Notes under the pieces: model-generated
What the model was told of the DNA's origin: nothing
Databases searched by the model: none
What the model saw: only the letters and a program-made list of their open reading frames with translations
NCBI GenBank assembly: GCA_026413945.1
Contig: JAOAJX010000004.1
Span: forward strand, 32,483 to 96,482
Length of the DNA stretch: 64,000 nt
From: Candidatus Iainarchaeum sp.
GTDB taxonomy: Archaea; Iainarchaeota; Iainarchaeia; Iainarchaeales; DTGL01
Reading direction: 5' to 3'
Shown: positions 46,194 through 56,859 of the stretch, in pieces
Layout of the letters: every line of letters begins with the position of its first letter
Numbering within the stretch: position 1 is the first letter of the stretch
Translations under genes and position numbers: made by a program

Positions 46194-47717
46194 TCATCCA
46201 CAATGCATGAACCGAAGCACATATTCTTTGGCTTTTTTTGTGTCGTTTCGAATTTCAGCCATAATTTTGGCATCATTGAAAGATTCGAGCTGCTTTGCAA
46301 CACCTTCGATAAGTCTCTTTGGAAATACACCATCCTCAAGATAGAAGCCAGAGTGTGCTCTTAAAATTGATGCAGACTCAAAGCATGATGAAGGCAGATG
46401 CAAAAGCTTTGCGCGTAACCCATTATTTTCACTCTTAAAGACATTTGCACTTACATAGCTCTCTTTCGCAATCTTGCTACAATCTTTGTGTAGAAGGCCA
46501 TGCTTTGAAGCCACGGCTATTGCTGCAAGCAAAAGGTGAGAATTTGCTGAAGAGTCTGGGCTCCTTAATTCAATTGTTTGTGTTGCGTGTTCGACTGGCT
46601 TTCGCTTATGTTTGTCTTTTTCACCAATAAAGCATTTTATTTTGCGCCAGCCTAGCGGAACTCTTATAAGCGCAGTCCTGTTTCTCTCACCCCAGCAGAT
46701 GTTTGTAGGTGCCTCGTGGTATGGCACAAGCCGCATATATGAAATAGGCACAGTATTTCCAAACGCAGTTATGCTCGGTGAGAGCTTCAAAAGGCCACCA
46801 ATAATGCTTTTTGCAGTGCTGCTTAAATCCTCGTTTTGATCTATTAAAACGTTCTTTCCTTTTTTAACAGCAGCGATATGTATATGCATGCCACTACCAG
46901 CATTTCCAAATGTTATTTTTGGGGCAAATGTAACCTCACGTCCGTAGGCAGCAGCAACATTCCTTATCACCCATTTAGTAATAACAATGTGGTCAGCCAT
47001 TTCTGCTAATGGCTCAAGGTCAAGTTCTATTTCAAATTGTTCCAACACAGCAGCTTCTGTGTCTATGCAACCAACTTCAGCATGGCCGTATTTTGCATTT
47101 ATGCCTATTTTGTGAAGAATCAAGAGTATTTCTTCGTTCATATCGTGTGACTTAACAAATGGTTTGCTTTCGTGATAGCCTCTTTGCTGCGCACATGGAT
47201 ACATGAAAAAAGGCTCTTTTTTTACTATTGAATAATATTCAATCTCGCCAGCTGCAAGAAGCTCTATGCCTGTTTTCTTTTTCAGGGCAAAAATTGCTTT
47301 TTTTAGAACACATGATGAGGAAATATCGAGCTCATTGCCTGACTTATCAAAATAAGAGCAAAGGACATTCAAAGTTGGGTTTTTGGAAAAAGGATTTACA
47401 AAAGCAGAGCTTAGCCTTGGAACTATGTAAAGATCACTGTTTTCAGTATCGATGTAGGGGAATAAGCTTGAGCCGTCTACACGCTCACCAAAAGCCATTA
47501 TTCTTTCAAAATGTTCTCTGCTTTTTATTGCAAAACTGAGCGTCTTAAGGCGCCCGTCCGCAGGAATGTGGTTAAGATTAAGCATTCTTATGTTTTGCCT
47601 TTCAACTAAGCGCCACAAATCTTGCATACTAAAATCCTCTGGGCTTTTTTTCAGAAATTTCGCTATTTCACCTTTCCCCGAAAAACTTTTTTTGCTATAT
47701 CGCAAAGTAACCACCAC
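46194..47717 (-). CDS. glnA: Glutamine synthetase family protein
   Basis: 'NAGSGMHIHIA' and 'NRTALIRVP' catalytic motifs with an N-terminal beta-grasp. Confidence 0.7.
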   Translation of the reverse strand: MVVTLRYSKKSFSGKGEIAKFLKKSPEDFSMQDLWRLVERQNIRMLNLNHIPADGRLKTLSFAIKSREHFERIMAFGERVDGSSLFPYIDTENSDLYIVPRLSSAFVNPFSKNPTLNVLCSYFDKSGNELDISSSCVLKKAIFALKKKTGIELLAAGEIEYYSIVKKEPFFMYPCAQQRGYHESKPFVKSHDMNEEILLILHKIGINAKYGHAEVGCIDTEAAVLEQFEIELDLEPLAEMADHIVITKWVIRNVAAAYGREVTFAPKITFGNAGSGMHIHIAAVKKGKNVLIDQNEDLSSTAKSIIGGLLKLSPSITAFGNTVPISYMRLVPYHEAPTNICWGERNRTALIRVPLGWRKIKCFIGEKDKHKRKPVEHATQTIELRSPDSSANSHLLLAAIAVASKHGLLHKDCSKIAKESYVSANVFKSENNGLRAKLLHLPSSCFESASILRAHSGFYLEDGVFPKRLIEGVAKQLESFNDAKIMAEIRNDTKKAKEYVLRFMHCG

Positions 47718-47868
47718 AAAGTATATGCTACAAAGAAAGATATTTTAAGATTGAGCAGCTACATTGTGACTCTTATGAAGAAGACAAAGGCAGAGTATTT
47801 CAAGAGGCATATTTCGGAAATTTGAGATTAGGGAGTTTTAAATCTAGCGCAAATTAAAAGCATTTTGC

Positions 47869-49419
47869 TTAAATCGGGCTGTAAATTGAGTGCCTTAAAA
47901 TCCTTCTAAATGCCAAAAGAGCCTTGTATGCCGGCCATGCAGCAAAGAAACAAAAAACCAAAAACGCAGTAACTTCGCGGCTGTGCATTATTGGGACTCC
48001 GAAATGTGGCAAGTCATAGTATAGAAAAACAGTCATTAGCGCAAGGCAAACAACGATAAAAGCGTTTGCTGCCATTGACTTTGCTTGTTTCAAAACATAT
48101 GGTGTATTTGCCTTAAGAATTGTCTTTTTCTCTGACTTTGGTAGCTTTGGTATAAGAGAGAAAAGCCTCTCGTGCAAATGCCTATAATTGTAAACCGGTT
48201 GAAAAAGCAATATAGTTATTATTATAAGCAAAAATGCCAAGAAATTAACTGCTTTTGCCTCAGCCATGCTCAAAAGCCCACCAGCTGAAACAACTTGGGC
48301 TATAACTATGAGGAATTCGCCCAACGGACACAAAAGAATAGCAGCCATGGAAGAATCCTCTGAGCTTAATCCAAACTTTGCACCAAGAATCCTTATGCAA
48401 AGAGAATTACCCAAAAATGTCAAAACGCCGAGAAGGATGGCAATTGCAATTAAGTAAAGCAGCTCTTGTGTTTGCGGAACCATAACTTTTCCGCTAAAGG
48501 AATCATAAAATATTGTTGTGCCAAATGCCACAAAGAAAAAAACCAAAAAGAAATCCATAAGGAAAGAAATATTATTTTTTATTTTTTTTCCAGATGCTGT
48601 TTCGCTCAGTGCGAAGCCGGCAAAATATGCACCTAAGCTTGCAGAAAGGCCGAGAGTATCGCCGAGGGTGGCAACAATTATGCCGATGCCAATGGCATAA
48701 AGTGCCATTTTTACCTGTCCAAACCCTTCTTGCTTTATGTACCTTTCGACTTTTCTTGATAGGTAGTGAACACAGTAGAATGCACTAGCTGCAAAAACTA
48801 TTGCTGTAAGGCCAGTGTTTATTATTGCAAATGGTCCGCCACCTTTAAACTTTGACATGCTCGCTATAAGGACGAGTATCATTATTCCCAAAAAATCTTG
48901 TAAAACGTTGATCGAAAGAGCAACCTTTGCACCATTTAGGTGAACTATTTTTTGGTCTATTACAAACTTTGCGATTATTGCTGTGCTTGTATTTGGTAGC
49001 ATTGCGCCAATCACTATAGCAAAAAAAGGACTATAGCCAAGCGCAAGCATTGTGAATGTCCCAAGAGACATCACAAAAGCAAGGTCTATTATTGCTAAAC
49101 CGAAGACAGCTGAGCCAGCTGAAAGAAATTGCTTCCAAGAAAGCTCAAGGCCTAAATAAAACAACAGCACAAAAAGTCCTAATTCAGAAAAAACCTGTAT
49201 TAGTGCATCTTTAGGACTTATGAGGTTAAGCAGAAATGGGCCTAAAAAGAAGCCAGCTATTATAAAGCCGATTACTTCATTTTGACCAAGTTTCTTTATG
49301 ATTGTGCTCAAAGCAAGAGCTACTATTACTATTATGCCAATCATTGTAAACGGCACAGCTAGCAAAGCCATAGTATTCAATAAAGCTTCTAAAAATAAAA
49401 ACCTATTGTGCATTGGCAT
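47869..49419 (-). CDS. Cation:proton antiporter (CPA/KefB-NhaP-like Na+/H+ exchanger)
   Basis: About 13 TM helices with the Na_H_exchanger pattern 'IIAGFFLGPF'. Confidence 0.6.
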   Translation of the reverse strand: MPMHNRFLFLEALLNTMALLAVPFTMIGIIVIVALALSTIIKKLGQNEVIGFIIAGFFLGPFLLNLISPKDALIQVFSELGLFVLLFYLGLELSWKQFLSAGSAVFGLAIIDLAFVMSLGTFTMLALGYSPFFAIVIGAMLPNTSTAIIAKFVIDQKIVHLNGAKVALSINVLQDFLGIMILVLIASMSKFKGGGPFAIINTGLTAIVFAASAFYCVHYLSRKVERYIKQEGFGQVKMALYAIGIGIIVATLGDTLGLSASLGAYFAGFALSETASGKKIKNNISFLMDFFLVFFFVAFGTTIFYDSFSGKVMVPQTQELLYLIAIAILLGVLTFLGNSLCIRILGAKFGLSSEDSSMAAILLCPLGEFLIVIAQVVSAGGLLSMAEAKAVNFLAFLLIIITILLFQPVYNYRHLHERLFSLIPKLPKSEKKTILKANTPYVLKQAKSMAANAFIVVCLALMTVFLYYDLPHFGVPIMHSREVTAFLVFCFFAAWPAYKALLAFRRILRHSIYSPI

Positions 49420-49441
49420 TATAATTCAAATTAGTTTAGAT

Positions 49442-50491
49442 TTATCTAACCTCAAAATCAATTACAATTTGAACCTTAGAGGCAGATACAGATCTTACAA
49501 TGCGTTTATCAGAAAAAACAACGAACCGCTTATTTTTTGCAGCTGCAGTGCTAATTTTTTTTTCAGAATCCAAAAAAGGGTTTTTTGTGTCAGCAAATCG
49601 ATAAAAATGAACCTTACAGCCATTATTAGCTGAAGCGAATACCTCATCAAGAAAGTCTTCAGCACCTTTTGGCATTGGCATCACTATGCGGTCAAACTTC
49701 TCATTTAGCTTCGGCACAATTTTCCTTACATCTCCTAGAAGGGGCCTAATCCTATTTTCAGACTTGTTAATCTTTATATTCTCAACAAGTAAAGAATATG
49801 CTTTAGGATTGAGTTCAATTGCAATTGCATATTTCATTTTGGTGTGCTTTGCAAAAACTATGGGAAAAGGCCCAACACCAGCAAACCACGCACCAATTAT
49901 TTCGTTTGGCTTTATCAGTCTTGCAATTCTCATCCTTTCAAAGCTCAATCTTGGAGAAAAATATGTATTTGCCACATCAACCTTGAAAAGGCATCCAGAT
50001 TCCTTATGCAATGTTAAAGTTCTTTTTTCGCCAGCTATTATTTCAATAGGCCTTAGCCGAAAATCACCTGTGTGCTCACCACATATTCTAGCAACAGTCT
50101 TAATATGTGGATGAACTTCCAGAATAGCTTCACCAACAAATTGCTTTTTATTCTCAAGTTCTTTTGGTATTTCAATTACCGCTATATCACCAATGACATC
50201 AAAAGAAGTTACAAGCTGTTCAGCTTCCTTTTCCGTTAGTTTCTCTCGAAGGATCTCTTTGAAAGACTTTGGCCTATATTCGGAAGGAGAAAGCACCTTA
50301 TCTTCTATTACAAAAGCGCATATTTTTTCTAGCTGCTCTTTCTGCTTTTTGCTGGGTTCTTTTATAAGTGGAAACCATATATATTCGTTGTCTTTGTATG
50401 GCAAAAAACTGAAATCAAGCAATTTTTTTGAAATTAAGGCCTTCCTAATGATTTCGCCAAATTTTTTGTTTGTTCTTATGCAAAGGGGCAT
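49442..50491 (-). CDS. trm5: tRNA (guanine37-N1)-methyltransferase Trm5
   Basis: 'FDVIGDIAVIE', 'YFSPRLSFER' and 'DRIVMPMP' SAM-binding class I fold. Confidence 0.7.
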   Translation of the reverse strand: MPLCIRTNKKFGEIIRKALISKKLLDFSFLPYKDNEYIWFPLIKEPSKKQKEQLEKICAFVIEDKVLSPSEYRPKSFKEILREKLTEKEAEQLVTSFDVIGDIAVIEIPKELENKKQFVGEAILEVHPHIKTVARICGEHTGDFRLRPIEIIAGEKRTLTLHKESGCLFKVDVANTYFSPRLSFERMRIARLIKPNEIIGAWFAGVGPFPIVFAKHTKMKYAIAIELNPKAYSLLVENIKINKSENRIRPLLGDVRKIVPKLNEKFDRIVMPMPKGAEDFLDEVFASANNGCKVHFYRFADTKNPFLDSEKKISTAAAKNKRFVVFSDKRIVRSVSASKVQIVIDFEVR

Positions 50492-50515
50492 ATCTGTTAT
50501 TTTAGGGGATACCTT

Positions 50516-53500
50516 TTAATTTTTATCAGATGACTTTTTGCTTTTCTTTTCTGAAGTGTCGGTTCTTTTATTTTCTACATCTTCAGCGTTTTCCCTTTTT
50601 GTTTTGTCTGTAGGGCTTTTTAAATAAAGCCGCAGAACCAAAAACCACATGATAAGAAAAGCTAAAACTACCAAAAAGATAAATGGCAAAATAAACCAGA
50701 AATAACTAACACCAACATCACTTCTTCCAGAAGGCTTTATCGTAAGCACTGGTGAAACCGTTGTCGAATGTGGCTTGTTTTTATCAGGTGTTGGAGTTGG
50801 TTTTTGTGTGTTTGGTGTTGGGTATTGTGTTTCTCTTGTTTGATTGTAATCTTGGATTGCAAGACCTATAACAACAGGTTCTTGATATTCATAGACTGCA
50901 TTCTCGTCTATTTTAGAATTTACATAATAAACAATTTCATTTTTGCCTGCTAAATAAAACTCAAGCACAGGATCTGGCTGCACAACCTTAAAGGGCTCAT
51001 TACTTGTGACAACGCTTGCATCATTTGCGATAGATTTAGGGATTATCTCGAGGATCTTTGCACTTTGCGTGTTTGTGTTAAATTCAAATGATAATGTAAC
51101 TTTTGCTTTGTGTGATACTTTGCCATTTCCATCACGATATGCGAAAAGCTGCACTTTTCTTTTTGTTGAAACGACATGCTTGCCAAATTCAGCAAACCTT
51201 GTTAGTTCGTCGTTGCTATAAAGAGACTGCAAAATTTTAGGTATTGATTGCTTAGAGAAAACCCTGGTTAGCTCAAAAACGCGTTCCTCAGAGCTATCTT
51301 TTGGAGTTTCTTGGGCTTTTGGTGACATGGTGGGAGTATTCCTTGGAGTGATGCCGGGTGAGTAGCTGCCGCCACCCCCGCCACCGCTTGGCCTGGTGGG
51401 TTTGGGTGTTGGTGTTAGTGATGGATTAACATATATTTCAACAGAAACTTTGTTGTCTGTTTTATAGTCGTTGGCTACATTTTTAATTTGTACCTCAAAG
51501 GTTTTTACGCCAATCTTTGTTAAAGTTTGGGAATATAAAGACACGGGGGTTACAATTTCCGGCTCAAGCACGACCTTTTTTTGATGCAATAGACTTGAGC
51601 CGTCCATAAGTTGCAAAGTAGCATTAACAGCCCATGGCGCACGGTTGAAAACATTTGCAATTATCTCCGCCCTAGATCCCTTATATGCTGGTAAGGGCAC
51701 ATCTATGCTTTCAATTCCGACTGCATTACCATCAATGAATAAAGATGAAGCAAGGTTATTGTCTTCCAGAAGCAATTCGCTAGGCAAGCTATCTATGGAG
51801 ACAAGAATATTATGATCACCCAAAGCATTTATCGATATGTTTTGGAACACAACTAAGTTATTTTGACGAGGAGAGAGCTTACTACTGATTGTTTGGATAT
51901 AGAAGCCGTCTACAAAAAGCGATAAATTCTTATCAATTTGTTCATCCCCCTGCATATCCAACCAAACGTTTACAATTACATTGAAATCTCTGCCAACCAG
52001 CGTCCTATTTTGATACAAAGTATTTTCAAAGTCTACTGATATTAAAGCAACATCATTAACGTCTACGATTTGCTCTAACTCTTTGCTGGATGCCAATGCA
52101 TAATGTTCAGTTTCTACCTTTGGATTTTGGTATTTATTAACAATAAGGATATATTGGCCATCCTCTGGAACAACAACCTGTTCAACATTATCTATTTTTG
52201 AAAGAGATTGAGACACAAGATTGCCGTTTTCATCATAAAGCCTTAAATCTATGTCGCTTATCTTAGCGCAGTAATCTTCTGAGAAATTTTTGTAGTAATA
52301 ATGAAAACGCTCATCAAGATAGTAAGCTGTATCTTCATCTATATTGCAGTGACGCGGCCAAACTACAGTTATTTTGTCACCCGCCTCAAAGTTTCCACGG
52401 TAGTAGTGTTTGGAATAGTTTGAATCCATTAGGGCGGCAATCGTATTATTTCCCTGATGATATGCTTTTTTTAGATTCAAGTAGCCCCACCCATAATTTA
52501 TGTCCCAGCCAGGTTCACCCCAATCATCAGCGCTATTTATAAGCAAGGCCTTTGCCTGAAGCCAATTAAGGTTAAATTTCCCAATCAAAAGCGCAGCAGC
52601 GCCAGTAACATGTGGAGCAGCCATGCTCGTGCCTGACGCAGCTATAGTTTCATTGTTGTCTCCGGGAATAGCTGAGATTATGCCAATTAGGCAGTTTCTA
52701 TCAATTGAACAGTCAGAGCCAAATTGGTTTGTTATGTGACCACCAGGGGCAGATAGATCTGGCTTTTTTCTGCCATCAGCGGCAGGGCCTCGGCTAGACC
52801 ATGGCGCAATAACATCGTCAGCTCTATCAGCTGTTTTATTAATGTCCAAAGCTGAAACAGATATTACATTGTAAGCATCCGAAGGTAGGCTTATGGAGTT
52901 TTGGTCTTCATCCTCACAACGTCCCCCCCAGTAAGGCCCCTCATTGCCAGCTGCGAAGACAAGAAGTTTGCTATAATTGTTTGCTAAATAATCTACATAG
53001 ATTGATGCTAATGATTTACCATCTGATTCATAATATCCACCACAATTCTTATTTGTGGAACCCCAAGAATTGTTTGCTACTTGTGCCGGCTTACTTCTGT
53101 TTTCATCAAAGCATTTTTTGAGATTGGTAAATAAGCAAAACGGAAAAAAGACGAGAAAACCTTTCGCATTTACAATATGGTCAACGCCTTTTGCAATACC
53201 GGTATAATTATTGTCAATAGATGCCACTATGCCAGCCACATGAGTGCCATGTCCAATCTCATCAAACCTTGCAAGGCTTTGCTCACAGTTGATATTTTCG
53301 AATGTCTTGCCAGCAAAGAAACCATGCGCCACATCTATGCCTGTGTCAGCTATGCAAACGCTTGTGCCAATGCCATTGTAGTCCGCCTCTTCATAAAAGT
53401 AAGGTGCTTCTACGGCAGGATTGGAGTAATTGAGAAGCGGGCTTGGCATGCTAAGCTCAAACCTTTTTACTTCATCTCTCAAAATGAATGAAACGGCTTT

Positions 53501-53857
53501 TTCTTTTCGTACGGCGACTTGATAAAATCTGCCATCTAGCTTTCCAGCAATAGCGTTTTCATCTATGCTATACAGCAAATAATTCATTGCATCTTCATTT
53601 AAATCTGACTCAACAATAAACACAAGAAAGTTGCTGTCAAGCAGATTTTTTTTGTGCTTAAAGCCATCTCCAAGGTCCATTGCTTTTGCACCTTCAGTCA
53701 AAGAAAATGAGATATCAGCAATAATTCTCCTTTCAGTCGGGTTCATTTTTTCCAGAGGAAGAGCCAAGAATGCTCCAAATAAAAAGCATGCACAAAAAAG
53801 AACGGCAAATATCCTGCCAAAATGTTTTTTATTTTGAGTCTGCTTTAGGTAGCCCAT
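50516..53857 (-). CDS. Subtilisin-like serine protease (S8) surface protein with PT linkers and C-terminal TM anchor
   Basis: Catalytic triad contexts 'ADTGID', 'HGTHVAGIVAS' and 'GTSMAAPHVTGAAALL'; N-terminal signal; C-terminal 'FWFILPFIFLVVLAFLIMWFLVL'. Confidence 0.85.
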   Translation of the reverse strand: MGYLKQTQNKKHFGRIFAVLFCACFLFGAFLALPLEKMNPTERRIIADISFSLTEGAKAMDLGDGFKHKKNLLDSNFLVFIVESDLNEDAMNYLLYSIDENAIAGKLDGRFYQVAVRKEKAVSFILRDEVKRFELSMPSPLLNYSNPAVEAPYFYEEADYNGIGTSVCIADTGIDVAHGFFAGKTFENINCEQSLARFDEIGHGTHVAGIVASIDNNYTGIAKGVDHIVNAKGFLVFFPFCLFTNLKKCFDENRSKPAQVANNSWGSTNKNCGGYYESDGKSLASIYVDYLANNYSKLLVFAAGNEGPYWGGRCEDEDQNSISLPSDAYNVISVSALDINKTADRADDVIAPWSSRGPAADGRKKPDLSAPGGHITNQFGSDCSIDRNCLIGIISAIPGDNNETIAASGTSMAAPHVTGAAALLIGKFNLNWLQAKALLINSADDWGEPGWDINYGWGYLNLKKAYHQGNNTIAALMDSNYSKHYYRGNFEAGDKITVVWPRHCNIDEDTAYYLDERFHYYYKNFSEDYCAKISDIDLRLYDENGNLVSQSLSKIDNVEQVVVPEDGQYILIVNKYQNPKVETEHYALASSKELEQIVDVNDVALISVDFENTLYQNRTLVGRDFNVIVNVWLDMQGDEQIDKNLSLFVDGFYIQTISSKLSPRQNNLVVFQNISINALGDHNILVSIDSLPSELLLEDNNLASSLFIDGNAVGIESIDVPLPAYKGSRAEIIANVFNRAPWAVNATLQLMDGSSLLHQKKVVLEPEIVTPVSLYSQTLTKIGVKTFEVQIKNVANDYKTDNKVSVEIYVNPSLTPTPKPTRPSGGGGGGSYSPGITPRNTPTMSPKAQETPKDSSEERVFELTRVFSKQSIPKILQSLYSNDELTRFAEFGKHVVSTKRKVQLFAYRDGNGKVSHKAKVTLSFEFNTNTQSAKILEIIPKSIANDASVVTSNEPFKVVQPDPVLEFYLAGKNEIVYYVNSKIDENAVYEYQEPVVIGLAIQDYNQTRETQYPTPNTQKPTPTPDKNKPHSTTVSPVLTIKPSGRSDVGVSYFWFILPFIFLVVLAFLIMWFLVLRLYLKSPTDKTKRENAEDVENKRTDTSEKKSKKSSDKN

Positions 53858-53884
53858 AAAATCACTACTATATTGACTTCATTC

Positions 53885-53900
53885 ATATATATATATATAT
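53885..53900. repeat. (AT)8 microsatellite in divergent intergenic region
   Basis: 'atatatatatatatat' seen directly. Confidence 0.6.
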
Positions 53901-53958
53901 TTCTCTCGTCCTACATTTATACTGAAGCAAAAATAGGGCATTTAGTGGTGCTTAAAAC

Positions 53959-54780
53959 ATGGCTGACATTTTCTCAGAGTATTTTGTCAGGCCTGCTCTT
54001 GATCCAGCATATCAAGGTTATAACATAGTAAATACATTTGTTTATGGTGCAATACTGCTTGGCTTGTCTTTCTTTGTGATTTTTCCTTTACTTGACAAGC
54101 GTGGTATAAAATTCGATTTGCGCTTTGCGCTGTCGCTAATACCATACATTTTACTTGGAGCTTCCTTACGAGCAATAAATGAATTTAAATTGTTGCCTTT
54201 TGTGAATAAAACATTTAATCCACTAGAATTTGGTTTTTGGACCTATACGCCAGGGGTGTGGTTTTTTGTTTTTGGGGTTACTATAGCAGGCCTAATAATA
54301 TCAAGGAAATTGTGGAAGAAAAATTATTATAAGTCTTTTACAATTTTTGGAGTTGCTGTTGGATCATTGCCGGTGGTGCTTTGCTTATTTAGCTTTACCA
54401 ATTGGCTTGCATTTTTTTTGCCGCTACTATTTACTGCATTTACATCTATTGCAATAGGTTTCTTTACGCCGTTAAAGAAAAATCTGCTGCAAAACAGGAT
54501 GAACCTTCTTGTTTTAGGTGGGCAGCTTTTGGATGGCTTTGCTACTGCAATTGCAATAGCTTATTTCAATTTCCGCGAGCAGCACCCTGTGAGCGAAGCA
54601 ATTCTAAATCTTAACCCTTGGCTTTTTGTGCTTATAAAAGCGCTTCTTGCGCTAGTCCTTGTGTACTACATTGACTGCGCAATAAAAAGAGAAAACCTTG
54701 CAAGCTTCGCAAAGCTTTTCATAATAATATTGGGCTTTTCAACAGGCTTAGCAAGTGTTTTTAAATTAGGTCTTGCGTAG
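53959..54780 (+). CDS. Hypothetical polytopic membrane protein (archaeal DUF63-like)
   Basis: Eight or more TM helices. Confidence 0.35.
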   Translation: MADIFSEYFVRPALDPAYQGYNIVNTFVYGAILLGLSFFVIFPLLDKRGIKFDLRFALSLIPYILLGASLRAINEFKLLPFVNKTFNPLEFGFWTYTPGVWFFVFGVTIAGLIISRKLWKKNYYKSFTIFGVAVGSLPVVLCLFSFTNWLAFFLPLLFTAFTSIAIGFFTPLKKNLLQNRMNLLVLGGQLLDGFATAIAIAYFNFREQHPVSEAILNLNPWLFVLIKALLALVLVYYIDCAIKRENLASFAKLFIIILGFSTGLASVFKLGLA

Positions 54781-54788
54781 GATTTTGG

Positions 54789-56039
54789 TCAGCTGGCAGT
54801 ACAAATGCCTTCTTTGCATACGCAAGCTGTTTCTGGCTTAGGCCTTATAACTTGAAGGCACATTTGCCTAATAGCTGAGCAGTTTAGTTTAAGTTTGCTT
54901 GGGTTTACGCATTCCCAGTAAGCACCCGCATTTTCTGGGCAACAATTCGTGCTAACCCATGCGCAGTCAGCATCGGAAATGCAATCTTTAGGCCCAGTTC
55001 CGCTTTTCTTATCTTCTATATCAACTACAACCCACAAGGTTCTAAGCTTCTTTTTTGGCTCTGGGTCAAACTCAAGCTTTATTAGCTTTTCTACCTCTGC
55101 TTGGGGAATTCTGTAAGAAAGTTTTGCAAATTTGCCTAAATTTGTTGGATAGAAAAAAGGGCCTTGCCATAATCTTTGGAAGGCCTCTGATTCCTTCTCT
55201 GTGAAGCCTATGCTGAGCATCTTAGCGTTGAGATCGGGATAATTTGGTGTTTCTGCAAGCTTAACTTCTATGCTCTTGCCTGCTGGAAGAACATCTAAAG
55301 AGCCTAAAAAGTATTTGCCTGAAATGAAATTAGGATCTTCTTTAACTGAAATTGTAACATCATACACATCACAATTGAAATTGTTTGTGACCTTGGCCTT
55401 CATGCTCTTTATGTCATAGTCAACTTTAACATTGTTATAAAACTTCATCTCTCCTTCGTAGAAAAGGAATCTTGCATCTGTTCCATTATAGCTCAGCAAA
55501 TCTGCTTCGACATCATTTAGGTCTGATAATATTGACTCAAGTGGCACAAGACTTTTTGTTGCTCTGCTGATTAGTTTCTTTTCACCTAAGATTTTTACAT
55601 TTTTCCATTCTGCTTTGCTTCCAACTAACTGGGCTTCTGGATAAGTTATTGTTGGCCTGCCATCAGCAAAAACAGCCCTTGCGCTGAAGCTTTCAACTTT
55701 GCCACCGTATTTGCTCGAATGAATATATACAACAGGCTGTTTAACGATTAAAACTTCTTCTGGCCTCGAAGTCAAGATCCAAGAAGTGTTATTATCGCAG
55801 CCGGCTATTACGCCCCATTCGTGAACCTCGTAATCAGCAAATTGCCGTGGAGCAATCGTTGGCGTTTGTCTTGGTGTAGTGGGTGGTTGCGGCGATGTGG
55901 TTGGCACATAGCCAGAATCATCGTCTATTGGCGCACCTTCGTTTATATGCATAAGAAAGTATACTGCCACAATTGAAAGCAAAATAAATGCCAAGGCAAA
56001 AATACCCAAAATGCGTGGGTTATTTTTCAAGGAAGCCAT
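54789..56039 (-). CDS. Hypothetical secreted/anchored protein with PT-rich linker and C-terminal Cys cluster
   Basis: N-terminal TM, 'PTTSPQPPTTPRQTPT' linker, and eight C-terminal Cys. Confidence 0.4.
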   Translation of the reverse strand: MASLKNNPRILGIFALAFILLSIVAVYFLMHINEGAPIDDDSGYVPTTSPQPPTTPRQTPTIAPRQFADYEVHEWGVIAGCDNNTSWILTSRPEEVLIVKQPVVYIHSSKYGGKVESFSARAVFADGRPTITYPEAQLVGSKAEWKNVKILGEKKLISRATKSLVPLESILSDLNDVEADLLSYNGTDARFLFYEGEMKFYNNVKVDYDIKSMKAKVTNNFNCDVYDVTISVKEDPNFISGKYFLGSLDVLPAGKSIEVKLAETPNYPDLNAKMLSIGFTEKESEAFQRLWQGPFFYPTNLGKFAKLSYRIPQAEVEKLIKLEFDPEPKKKLRTLWVVVDIEDKKSGTGPKDCISDADCAWVSTNCCPENAGAYWECVNPSKLKLNCSAIRQMCLQVIRPKPETACVCKEGICTAS

Positions 56040-56106
56040 AAAACCACCATATCTATTATATGCGACAAATTTTAAATAACTCTTGTGCCAAATTTTATTG
56101 GTAAGA

Positions 56107-56859
56107 ATGTTTTATTTAATAAGCGCTGGATTAGGCCCAAAGCAGATTACAGTGGAAGCCTTTGATGCGATAAAGAGCTGTGAAGAGCTTTACTTTGACA
56201 CATATACAAGCTTATGCGAAGGCATGCTCGAGAAGCTCGAGAAGCTTGCAGGTAAAAAAATAGTGCCTCTCGGCAGGATTGAAGTCGAGGGCCTTTTCTT
56301 CGAGAAGCTCAAGACAGCAAAAGAAAAAAACATAGGGCTCATTGTTTTAGGTAATGCTCTTTTTGCAACAACACATATACAGCTATTGATTGACTGTAAG
56401 GAGTTAGGTGTAGATTACAAGGTTGTGCAGGGAATATCAATTCAAAATTATGTGGGCCTTACAGGCCTTAGCAGCTACCGATTCGGCGAAACAGTAAGCA
56501 TAGTTTTGCCAGAGGAAAAATACGCGCCAACCTCTTTCTACGAAAAGCTTGCAAGGAACTACAAAAACAAGCTTCATACGCTTTGTCTCCTTGATATAAA
56601 AGACGGAAAGCAGATTGACGCTCATGCTGCAATTGAACGCCTACTCGAGATTGAAAAGAAGAGGAAAAGCAAAATCATGAAGCAAGCACACCTTATTGCA
56701 ATATGCTGTGCTGGTAACGATAGAGAACAAATATCGGTAGGAAAAGCTTCTGAGCTTTTAGAGCAAAAAATTCCGACACCAACAGCAATTATAGTTTGTG
56801 CTGAAATGAGTGACAATGAAAGGAAAGCCATTAAAGCATTGTATGGAAAGGAGGTTTAG
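56107..56859 (+). CDS. dphB: Diphthine synthase
   Basis: 'MFYLISAGLG...ITVEAF' tetrapyrrole-methylase fold typical of Dph5; start at internal ATG 56107. Confidence 0.75.
   Translation: MFYLISAGLGPKQITVEAFDAIKSCEELYFDTYTSLCEGMLEKLEKLAGKKIVPLGRIEVEGLFFEKLKTAKEKNIGLIVLGNALFATTHIQLLIDCKELGVDYKVVQGISIQNYVGLTGLSSYRFGETVSIVLPEEKYAPTSFYEKLARNYKNKLHTLCLLDIKDGKQIDAHAAIERLLEIEKKRKSKIMKQAHLIAICCAGNDREQISVGKASELLEQKIPTPTAIIVCAEMSDNERKAIKALYGKEV

Noticed and set aside
47566-47825. Small ORFs in the glnA/antiporter intergenic region
   Set aside because: They have no motif support and overlap the glnA 5' end and promoter region. They are likely non-coding.
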